From: Adineta vaga
Lineage: Eukaryota; Animalia; Rotifera
Assembly (NCBI GenBank): GCA_021613535.1
Contig: CP075492.1
Coordinates: 18,600,001-18,664,000 of the forward strand
DNA: 64,000 bases
Reading direction: 5' to 3'
Position 1 is the stretch's first letter; every line of letters starts with the position of its first letter. Both the position numbers and the translations under genes were made by a program. Of this stretch, positions 40,524-51,444 are shown piece by piece. The notes under the pieces were generated by a model that ran no database searches, was not told the DNA's origin, and was given only the letters and a program-made list of their open reading frames with translations.

Positions 40524-40638
40524 TCGAGGGCGTGGGTGAGATTGATGAATAAATATACTACCCACCCTAATTAGTGCTTTTTCGAAATTTTCTTGAGGGC
40601 GTGGGTATATCTTCTTCACTTACGTCTACACCCATCCT
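40524..40638. repeat. Two adjacent foldback elements (H11 40524-40570, H12 40593-40638)
   Basis: TCGAGGGCGTGGGTG...ACCCACCCTAA and TTGAGGGCGTGGGT...ACACCCATCCT. Confidence 0.8.
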
Positions 40639-41675
40639 GCATTTTTCTCATGAGAAGCTCAACAGATTACAAAATAGACATTAGTTATGAGATATTCACT
40701 GCTTCCCTATTGGTACTCACTCTTCTTCGATTATGAATCATTCTACTAACACTTATCTATGAAATTTCATTAATGTTTCTTTCTTTGCTTCATATATCCA
40801 AATGTTGAGAATACTTATATTATATTGATCGACAGTTTCTAGTTGACCCTGCTATTCTTGTTTCTCCAAATTTAGTTTCAATAAATAGCTCCATTAAACG
40901 AAATGATTTCGACAAATTTTTCATCTCTAATTGTTTAGAATTCGTCTACAGTTCATGGCTATGTTCCACAAGATGTTTGGTATGAATTTCCATCAGATAT
41001 ACAAATAACAATGGTAGCACAATATGTAGATTTTGACACATCTATTCAAAAGATTAATGTTCATCTCCGCAGTAGATTTACTATTTCAATGAAAATGCCT
41101 GGACTTAAACTAGTTGTCGGCCGTCAAAATCCATTTGTATTACTTGTTGCATTGTCTCAATCATAAAATGCTAATGGAAGTCCTTTTTTAAAGATGACAG
41201 TGATTTCATGGGTATGTTACAAAGAATTCATCTCTCGGACTTGGAAATATTAAGCTGTAATAATTTAGACACGATTGAAACTAAAACATATAACTATTTC
41301 GAATTCAATGTAAGATATGAAATAACGAAGGCATTTTCCAACGCCTAAAACTATCGCCCTTCTTCTTGTTTATTAGTTCTTTTCTTAACTGTTTCACATT
41401 TTTATAGAGTGTCTTGACAATCAATGCTTTGGTAACAAATGACAAAGATTCCTCCATACGGTATTAGGTATGGTAAAAGTTCTTGATTGTATTTGATATC
41501 ATTGATTTCAATCAACTAACGAAGATGATCTTATTGCCGATACTTTAGATTTAACTTATTTACGAACTTGATTTGAATATGTTAGGTGAAACAAGTTAAA
41601 CCATACAATGGAAAACAGTGAATTGACAATGATAGGAGATGTGATTTCAAGTTTTTTTTCTTATTTTTTTATATA

Positions 41676-41737
41676 GAAGGGATGGGTGTGAGTATAAAAC
41701 AAATGTGCCACGTATTCATATCCACACCCACTCTCAA
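41676..41737. repeat. Telomere-like foldback element (H13)
   Basis: GAAGGGATGGGTGTGAG...TCCACACCCACTCTCAA. Confidence 0.8.
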
Positions 41738-42060
41738 TTTTTATTAAAGAGAATATTGAGAAAAAATGATACGAATAACAACTAATGAAGAATGTTCATA
41801 GACGATAACGATGATATTTGATGATCGACGTGTATACCATATTTTCTGAAAAGAAAAGTATTAAATTAATCTAGTGAATAAATATTTGCGAGTCATAGTT
41901 TCAAAGAGAAATGTAATTATAAATGATGGGATAAAATATCGGAAAATGTGAATGAGTCATAGCATTTACTTATTGATTCACATTATTTGGAAGTTTTCAT
42001 CTAAAACCACTCTCAAGGAGCTATCATACACATTTCATAGTGACACAAAACATACCGAAC

Positions 42061-42345
42061 TTAGCCGAGAATGGCAGCACAATTACAACCATAACAAACA
42101 GTATCATAGCAATGATCATAACCACCAGCAAGAGCACAATACACACAACAACCATTAAAACCGCCACAACTAGCACGGGATGTGATTTCAGAGGCTAAAC
42201 TACGGAGTACATATTGTGAATTCATAGCAACATTCATATTGTCACCGTTTCCACCTGCTGGCCATGCCATGGAGTTTGTTAAAAATAATGCTGCGAAAAT
42301 GACAAGAGAAATGATATTGATATTGACATAGACCATTTTCAACAT
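42061..42345 (-). CDS. Secreted 8-Cys peptide precursor
   Basis: Signal peptide, propeptide, R, then ASCGGFNGCCVYCALAGGYDHCYDTVCYGCNCAAILG. TATA near 42410-42422; 3'-UTR intron 42055-42001. Confidence 0.85.
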   Translation of the reverse strand: MLKMVYVNINIISLVIFAALFLTNSMAWPAGGNGDNMNVAMNSQYVLRSLASEITSRASCGGFNGCCVYCALAGGYDHCYDTVCYGCNCAAILG

Positions 42346-42882
42346 TTGATAATATAGAATTCTTTCTCTGAATAACTAGACAATTGATTTTGTACATTGT
42401 TGCTCCCGCATTTATATATATATTGGTCGATCATCATCATCATCATCTGTCATGTCTCTCATGTCTCTATTTGTTTGTGACGTTTTTCGTCGAATGATAC
42501 TGTTGTAAAAAAGTGTTTTTTTTGAAAAGTTCTTTCTCACCGTTTGAAGAAATTATCGGTATGCATTTTAACCAGCGAATTTCTCTATTGAGAATTATTA
42601 TACTAGTTGAAATAGATACAGAAACAAACAGTGCCATATCACTATCAAGGAATTAGACCATTTTTCCTCAAGTAAATAAAAAACAAATCACACGGACTGT
42701 ATTCCTGTGAGTCAAAACGATAGCTGTATTTCTCCGTTCATGGAAAAAATACTTTTCTTCGTCCGTTCCCTTTGGTCGACGTATATATAAAGTGGAAGCA
42801 CAACTTTAGGACCATACCACTTATATAGCTAAGTATATTCATCAATCACTCCTTACTCAAGCGTTGAATAGCAACCAGAATC

Positions 42883-43110
42883 ATGCAAAAGAGCAGTCAA
42901 TTAATTTGTTTCATCGTCGTTGTCTTGGCGTTAATGACTACAAGCTGTATGGCACGCACCGTACACAAACAAACTGAAGTCAATGGTAGTCTTCGTGATT
43001 TAATCAACAAGCGCGGCTATTGTAATAGTACTTGTCTTAATACATGTTGTTTCCTTTTTGAGGCTACTCATGGTGGTTGTGATCAGAGTTGTTATTTTTA
43101 TTGTTGCTAA
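42883..43110 (+). CDS. Secreted 8-Cys peptide precursor with a duplicated CxxxCxxxCC motif
   Basis: Signal peptide, propeptide, KR, then GYCNSTCLNTCCFLFEATHGGCDQSCYFYCC. TATA at 42782; 3'-UTR intron 43120-43192. Confidence 0.87.
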   Translation: MQKSSQLICFIVVVLALMTTSCMARTVHKQTEVNGSLRDLINKRGYCNSTCLNTCCFLFEATHGGCDQSCYFYCC

Positions 43111-44421
43111 TAAGCCAAGGTATGTTGCATCGAGAGAATGTCACTTCGGCCACTTTACAATACTGAATTAAGTTACTATTTTTTCTTTGCAGGAAATATG
43201 GCACTAATACACATTTACACCTAAAATTCAACATTCCCATCATATTGTTACCAACCTCAAACATTGTCGACTATTTTGTTTTCTTTTTTTTCATATTCTC
43301 ACCTGGTTAACTTTCTTCTCTGATACTGTCAACTATTTTTCGAGATAGAAGCAACTTTCTATTTCCAATAAACTCACCACCAACCGATATTGCATGCAAA
43401 TTCAATTTGTAGAGATAAATACAGGCTCAGAAAGCGAAAGTCTGCTGTGTGTGTGTGTGTGTGTGAGCATTAAATAAAATACCTGTATCCTAGAGTGTTA
43501 TCTACATTCAAACATTACATTCTTGTTCGCGTCGATCTATTTTAACATGATTCTCCAAAGATATCTACCCCTCTATTGTAGAGGCAACTACATCATAACA
43601 GTACTCTATTATAGATATCGAAGAAAAACAGATTGCAGGATACTCTGAATAGTAGACTCCAAAAATCTGACGTATATTTTTTCTAAATAATATAAGTTTA
43701 AAAATAATAATGCTAAATGAAGAACTGACGGAATGAAAATTCTAATGATATGATCAATCAGTTCGGCAATAACAAATAGTTCATTGTACTTCAAATAGTA
43801 GATGACGACTTGAGAATATTTTCAAATGACAATCTAAATTCAGTAATTGATAGGATTTATGAGATACTAATAATTCTTTTTCACGAAAAATAATATCATA
43901 TGCTAAATCAATAATATGAAAACGACACTTATAAATACAAATTTTGTCAATTCTAATTTATTTATACTGAATACTGATGTGAAAATTAAAGATGGCTTCT
44001 ATAGAAAAAATAAATAAATGAATACAATAATATTTTCATTGATGTTCCTTTAGCCTCTCATAGGTAAATATCGCTTACGTATACGAAAAAAATGATTTTA
44101 TAGATAAATTTTCTTTCTAATATCTCATTAAATCGTCATTAATTTCTCTACGCAGATCGATACACCCGAATATGAATAATACATACGCCGTTTAGTGCAT
44201 GATTTTTTCAAAAGGTTATTCCGTATGTTTTAAACGAATGTTCTTTTCACTTTTGATATGCATCAGAGCGTTTATTATGTTACTTTTCAAAAGAATTGAC
44301 TCACGCTAAAAATGTAGGAAGAGAACAGAAAGATGCATATATAAACCTGTATTGATACGCTTTTGTATGCATACTTATTCACAACCATTATACAAATCTT
44401 CATAAGATACAAGCAATAACA

Positions 44422-44728
44422 ATGTTCGGTGGACATCATCATCATCATCACGGTAAAAATACTATAACTATTTTCTTAAAACTATCTATTTTTCTTATAT
44501 GAAGGAGGTTACGGTGGAGGAGGATATGGTGGTCAAGGATATGGTGGTGGCGGCTATGGAGGCGGTTACGGTGATCCATATGGTGGTGGTTATGGCGGAC
44601 AAGGATATGGAGGCTTCGGTGGACAAGGATATGGTGGTGGCTACGGTGGACAAGGATATGGTGGTGGCTATGGTGGACAAGGATATGGTGGTGGTGGTTA
44701 CGGATCATCTTATGGATATGGCTTTTAG
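44422..44728 (+). CDS. 84-aa His6 plus Gly/Tyr/Gln-rich protein; exons 44422-44452 and 44505-44728; not in the ORF track
   Basis: MFGGHHHHHHG|GYGGGGYGGQGYGG...GYGF*; GT-AG intron keeps the frame; TATA-like motif ~80 bp upstream; AATAAA downstream. Confidence 0.8.
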
Positions 44729-45929
44729 AGAGGTGATCTAAGCACATAATTCTTCTGTAATCGAATGTATTTTAAACAAATGTACTACTTACAAAATTTG
44801 TAAATATAGTCGTTTTTTAAAGCATCTTCTACATTTGTAACTAATAAATCAAGAATTTCTTTAGGAGAAATTTAAAATCTTTCCTGTAATCAATTAATAA
44901 TCGACATAGAAATCTTTGTAAGTTATCGAAAAAATACTAGAAAAAGAGGTTTTTATATAAAAAAGTAAAACATAAAATATTCAGCTGGACAGCGTCAGTG
45001 CGAACAAGATGTATATATATATATATATATATTCCTGTTATGTATACCATTAAGAATAAACTTTTATATTGGAGGAAGATACCAAATATTCTGAAGTTCA
45101 TTCTATACAACTGATTTAGCCGTTGTCGTTATCTACACGTTTACAAATCGCAATCGCTTCGAATTTTTTCTTCTCATGGCTTACATGCATTGTATATCTT
45201 ACCCATTGGTACTATTAGATTTAATTATTAATAATCTTGAATATGAGAATAATATTTCTTCAAATAATAGACATTATACATTATACATTCCTTTTTTATA
45301 TTGTTTCATTGGCATTCTTTTATTGATTATAAGTCATCTCAAAGGTAAATGTAAAAGTGCGTTGTTACATACGTAAATTAAATGTCAATCAACTGAATAA
45401 AACTTTTGAAGCAGAAAATACATCATTATCTATTTTTGCACCATAGTCTCTTAATTAAAAGCACCATTATGTATGTTCGTCAATTCTTTTTTTCTTATCA
45501 TAGTTTTATAATTTCTCCTAATATTGATGATGCCATATGCATAAGTGGCGAAGTATTAGGTCAAAGTCAATTAAACTTCTATTTTAAATACTCCAGAATG
45601 CCTTTTGTCTTTTTCTATAATTTCAAAACGGCAAGATTAGATTCATGTTTTCTCAAGGTACTTTTCCAGGACACAGAAAATCTTCATAAGATTTTATCCA
45701 ATCAGTTTGTAAAATTGTTTGCAGATAGCCAGACTTATATCTCAGATGTAATTTTGAGAAGTTTCAAAAATTTTCACTTTTATTAACTACAGCCGTGAAG
45801 GACATCTCCAAATATATCTAATCAAAATTTCAACTCGATTGGACTAAATTAAGATGGGTAATAATCTTTTATCTATTTTGAATTAGATTTCGTTTATTGA
45901 AATGAGAAAAGAAAAAATAGAATAGAAAT

Positions 45930-46893
45930 CTAATGTTTTCTAATTGTTCGTGTTGGATTAATAGTCATTGGTCGAATTCTAAAAACAATTCTCTTAAAAT
46001 CTGGGAGAAAAAATACCGAAATTATTGGAAGACCAATTGCCATTAAAACAGGTAAAAAAAGAAAATATTTTATTTGTAAATTAAGAGATATGGATGATAA
46101 TGTATACATATAAATTAAATTATTTATTGCTGAAGGATACCAAGTTATTAAAAAGAAAATACTAATAAATAAAAGATATGTTGTTAATTTCCATTTTCGA
46201 TACCAATCTCTTTGACGATTTCGTTTTTGCCATAAGACTCGAATGATTAAAGTTACATTTGCTAGAACTATTATTGTAAGTGGTATCAATGTATGCATTA
46301 TAAAATCATATAATACTAAACTTGATTGATTATATGCATAACAAGGTTGAAGACAAAATACCTGGAATTAATAATTATATAGATGATTAAGAAAATATTA
46401 GAAAACTTACATAATTGTAATCCCAATAGTTTTCACATGAATTGAAAAAAATAATAATCAAATAAAATAGATAAGGATAAAGAATGATACATAACGTTGG
46501 TAATATATGAAAATAAAATCGTTTTTGTTTTGTTGATAGAAGATTATTATGAAATATAATTAAATGTCGTTCAATTGAACTCCATGCTGCTGTCCCAACA
46601 AATGCAGTTAAAGAATAAACCCACCAATTCCACCATAAACAAAAACTTGGTGTTGTAGGAATAACTTTTCTATAATGATAATAGATTAAAGCAAATGGAT
46701 AATCTGTTATCATATCTATACAACAAAATATGACTAAGATAAGAGTTAAATCATGATGAATTGAAAGTTTATATCGTTGTCGATAATAATAAATAAATAT
46801 TAATATCGAACAAATTATTGATAAAATTGATGAACAAAGTATTAACCAGAATTTAATTTGAAGAATTCGTGATATTTCATCATTTTCAGACAT
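45930..46893 (-). CDS. Rhodopsin-like GPCR, 2 exons (46893-46411, 46361-45930)
   Basis: 7 TM segments; FCLWWNWW, AWSSIERHLIIF and HTLIPLTIIVLANVTLIIRV; in-frame intron 46410-46362. Confidence 0.85.
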
Positions 46894-47604
46894 GATGATA
46901 TTGTCAAGAGAAGAGTGATACCGAGTACTACTCTTTCAAGAGTATTTATAAGAGAAAATTAATGAGGAAAGATAAAAGAATTTCATTATAACAACAATTA
47001 ATTATATAAAATAAAGATCAAATAAAATGGAAAGATTTAACAAACAAGTAACGCTCATATCCTTTGGATTCGTTGACCTTTTTCTGAAACAATCAGAAAA
47101 TAATGCTGACAAAATACCATAGTTTTGAATAAAATAAAATGAAAAGAAAATCAAATAATCTCTTATCAGAATCATAATTATTCGTATCCGGTAAAACGAA
47201 TAAAGTTGTTAAAACTGCTAGTACACAGTTCATCTCTTATTGAACAACTAGTTTCACCCTGTCAGGACGAAAGTAGCATGATGAAATCTGATTGGCTTGG
47301 ATAAACAAACAAACTTTAACGATTTTTATCGAGCCTATAATCCTTTCTTTCAGAAAAGGAAATTATCTTAAAAATATTCTTGTATCGTAATTGATCAATT
47401 TCATTACTAATTTTACTACGTAAATTTTCTTTCATTGACGTCATTCATCTTATAATTATAACTCTATTACTCATTGAAAAAAAACGTCCTTGGACATTGA
47501 CATGTAATCATTATTTTTTACCTTTTGCTATAATAAGTGAGGTTTATATTCTTCGATTTCATTTCTATTCTTATTTTAAGCAACGAAAATTACGCGATAA
47601 TATA

Positions 47605-48153
47605 ATGATACTAATAAAAATTTTCTACATTTTATCTTTGATCTTCTATGTATATGGTGCACCAGGTAATTATTTAAACCAGAAAAAAATTCATTAAAAA
47701 TTTGATTTTGAAATATTTTTATTTGTAGCATCAGATCAATTCTCAGATACTGATATTAAAACAGTAAGTTTTCAATTATTTCAATTGAATTCTATTTTGT
47801 ATCAATAGATTTCGCCATGTCCACATATTTTGTGCGCAGCAATACAATGTGATAATCCTATACCAACTTTTTTAACATTTAATGGTCAAAAATGTCAAGG
47901 ATGTCCACGTTGTCCTATTCCATGTCCATTGATAAAGTGTGCAGCACCACTATGTGACAATCCTCAACCAACTTCTACAATAATTAACGGTCAAAAATGT
48001 CCCGGATGTCCACGTTGTCCTCCTATTGAGTGTCCAGAATTGAATTGTTTAGCAGTAGTGTGTGAAAATCCACAGCAAACTTCTATAAAAATCAATGGAA
48101 AACAATGTCCAGGATGTCCTCGTTGTGATTTACCAACAGCCGAACAAATCTAA
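47605..48153 (+). CDS. Secreted protein with three tandem 6-Cys repeats, antistasin-like; 3 exons
   Basis: Signal MILIKIFYILSLIFYVYG; repeat CP-x3-C-x4-C-DNP-x7-NG-x2-C-xG-CPRC three times. Confidence 0.75.
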
Positions 48154-48757
48154 AAAAGAAACTGAACATCTTCACTAATTAATTGAAATCTATTGACTTT
48201 AATTTCAAAAAAACTAATAAAAGATAAATAACATTAATGGATGGAAATCTAACAGCAGATAATGAAAATTCTCCTCTATGAATTGATTGAAGTTACAATT
48301 TATAACATCAGTATAAGTCTTTTCTTCTACAAAGAATTTCTTCTTTAATTAATTTCATACTTTGTAATATTGAATTGAATTAGATTATCAAGTATTCTTA
48401 TTTATATAACTTCTTCTCTAGATTGATTATATATGACGTAAAATCTCGTTAATTTGAAGTATTTTTTCTACTTTTCTGACCAAAAAACGAAGTTTTCACA
48501 AGCTGAAAGAAATGCAATCGCCTCTCGATTCCATATAGAAAATCGATTAACAGAATAGAAAGAAACAATGGGTTGATGTTTCATTCTTTAGCTTTGTTTT
48601 ACTTATCGAAATAAAGATATTCTAAGGTTTCTTTGATTGAATTTTTATGTTATCAGAAAAAAATTAAGTCTTTTTTTTATATGCAAATAACATTGACAGA
48701 ATTACTTTAAATTGAAAAAAAACATAGAGAAAATCATTCACTATTGATCGTGTTTTG

Positions 48758-50631
48758 ATGAGTACACATACGGCTAAACCAAAAGTTATCCGTGTTAAAA
48801 AAAATCCAACACCCGTAAGTTGTTTTCTTATTAAACTATGAGTTAATTCATTTACTATCGATACGATTTTCTAGTCAAATCCACCAACAACTATTCGTAC
48901 AGAGAGTACGAATGATTTATCGGCTGAATACAATCAATCGAGAAAATCTAACAGCTCATTTACTCGTGTGAAAAGAATAACTTTATCACAAATTGGTGTT
49001 AACAAAATTAAGAATTCTTTTACTGATTCACATAAAGCAAATAGTCCATCATCAATTGAAATTAAACCGATCGAAGTAAAGAATTTGATTAGATGAAACA
49101 TAATAAATTTATCTTATTTTGTAGTCAGAAAATGGTTATTCACCAGGGTTATTTACACGATTATCATCTTTTGGAAGTATCGACTCGATTTCGCCACTCA
49201 AAGTACTTATTTACACTTGAAATTCTATTAATTATCTTGTTTTTTATTACGATATTTACAGATAGGATCATTCGGTAATGATGATGAAAAAGAAGATCGG
49301 AGAAAAAGACGACGAAGGTAATCTCGAAAACTTTTTCATAAAAGAAAATTTTGTTGTTTATTCAGAGGTGGATTTTTTCAAATAACGAAATGTTGTTGTT
49401 GTGCTTTATTTGCTGCTGCAATTGCTGCTATCCTTCTTGCAGCTTTAATTACAGCAATAGTTTGGCTTCGTACGTATACATCAGTTGAAGTATCACATAA
49501 TATCATATTCTGATGAGTTTTATTTTTATTTTAGTAATGCGACCAAAAGTTACTACGACGACAACAACAACGACAACTACAACAAGTAGTAAGTAAAATA
49601 CATTCTATAATGAGATTTAGTAAACTCATAATATTGTTCATCGAAGCTACGAGTACGACGTCAACAACAAGTACAACTACGAGCACGTCGACTTCAACAT
49701 CAACGACATCAAGTACAAGTACAAGCACAACTACGACAGCGTGTGTATCATGTAGGTTTTTTTTGAGTTTTGAATTCTTATATTATCATTACACTTATGA
49801 CTTTCTAGGTTCTAATTATTGTTGGAACACAACAGGTGCAGCAGTGGCCGGAACTAGTTCCAGCGCCATTGCGAGTCCTACCAGTATAAACATCGATTCA
49901 TCTGATACAATTTATCTTTCTGGTCATAGTCTGGGACTAATTGAGAGATGTCCGATAAATTGCACAAGTACAAACGCAACAACACAGTATACTGATCATA
50001 TCAATTATATTGCAATTGATAAAGATGGATATATGTACACGAATGATCATAACAATTTTCGGTTCAACGTTATGCACCAGGTTCTTCAATTGGTACTGTT
50101 ATTGCTGGAGCTGGTTCGTCTGTTACTGGTACTCTCACGTATCCAGTAGGTGTCGCAGTTGATGTCAATTTGAATCTTTACATCGGTGATCAAGGTGCTA
50201 ATGAAGTAGTTATGTTGACTCCCAATGGAACAAGTCTGTTTGTTACTATTAGTACCGGTAGTGCCATTAGTAAAATGTCGGCACTTTTACTTCCACAAGG
50301 TTCGACAAGCGAAATCTACATCAGTGATGAAGGCGGGCAGAACGTTTTTTTATGGCCATTTAATCAATCAAGTCCCAGAGTGACATATACCAACGTCATT
50401 GGTTCTCCTTCAACACTTAAAAATCCAAGGGGTTTAAAACTCGATAATTTCGGTAATTTGTACGTTGCAGATGAGGGTAATAATCGAATAGTGGTATATT
50501 GTGTTAATTCTACGGATGGTCTTGTAATTATGGATACTACTAGTGGCCCTGTCGATCTTGCATTCGATTCCAATATGAACCTTTACACATTTCTAAGTAA
50601 TGGTAAAGTGATGAAACATCAATTATATTAA
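48758..50631 (+). pseudogene. Type II membrane protein (cytoplasmic N-terminus, CCCC plus TM, Thr stalk, NHL propeller) with a frameshift
   Basis: Multi-exon; KCCCCALFAAAIAAILLAALITAIVWL TM; poly-Thr; NHL motifs. A 1-nt loss near 50060 breaks NFRVQRYAPG and could be a sequencing error. Confidence 0.7.
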
Positions 50632-50661
50632 ATTGACTTTACTGATTAATTTGAACAACTA

Positions 50662-50716
50662 TTGATGGGTGTGAGTTTGAGTGAAGAAGATATACTTACG
50701 CCCACCCACACTCTCA
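50662..50716. repeat. Telomere-like foldback element (H14)
   Basis: TTGATGGGTGTGAG..GAGTGAAGAAGATATACTTACGCCCACCCACACTCTCA. Confidence 0.8.
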
Positions 50717-50860
50717 TATTTGCACTTATATGTACTTTTTTTTTTCTTAAGAAAGAAAATTATTCATAAATATCGACGTCAAATGTTTAATATTTGTGTT
50801 TTTAATAATTATTCTTATGAATTATCGAACTGGTGACAATAAATGAAAAGAATACGTAAA

Positions 50861-50927
50861 GCATTCTTGTTTATATTCTATCTTTACCTCAAGAAACATA
50901 TTACTCAGGTAATTGAAATGAAAATTT
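50861..50927 (+). repeat. 67-bp direct repeat of 54703-54769 (3' flank of the SDR gene)
   Basis: GCATTCTTGTTTATATTCT...GGTAATTGAAATGAAAATTT, with 2 mismatches. Confidence 0.9.
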
Positions 50928-50982
50928 GGGTGTGGGTGTGGTGTATCGCTTCTTTTCTCACATTCACCCACACCCACACCCT
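50928..50982. repeat. Telomere-like foldback element (H15)
   Basis: GGGTGTGGGTGTGGTG-loop-CACCCACACCCACACCCT. Confidence 0.9.
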
Positions 50983-51444
50983 ATCTACAGTAATGCACAG
51001 TTGTTTGTTGATTGACAAACAAATGAACAGAAAATAAATTTAGTTCATATATTAGACTGAACGTTTTGTTTTATTATTGATCTTTTTGAAATAATTCTAT
51101 GATTTTTCATACTTCTTATCAGAAAAATAGTTTAATATACATTTTATAGTTTTGATCTTTCGTTTGTAATCATCTGAATTTGTTTTTAAAAATAAAATAA
51201 TGCACACAATATATGTACGACGATGTTTGATTCAAGTCTGCAACGATGATCAATCGAACATCATATTACTTTTTTTTGGAAAGAAAAGAATATTGTTAAG
51301 AAAAAAGAAAAATCAATTTATTTTTCTCATTTGACGAACATAGGATATTGTATTTGTTTACCTAATTAACACATCTAAGGATTCAAGGGCACTCTCTCGT
51401 TTTCTTCATTCAATATATTTTATTCTTTAAAAAAAGTCGAGTAA

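Noticed and set aside
40700-41620. Possible pseudogene between H12 and H13
   Set aside because: No sustained reading frame or recognisable motif.
44448-44747. ORF-track proteins rich in His, Thr or Val/Met at this locus
   Set aside because: These are alternative frames of the spliced Gly/Tyr-rich gene.
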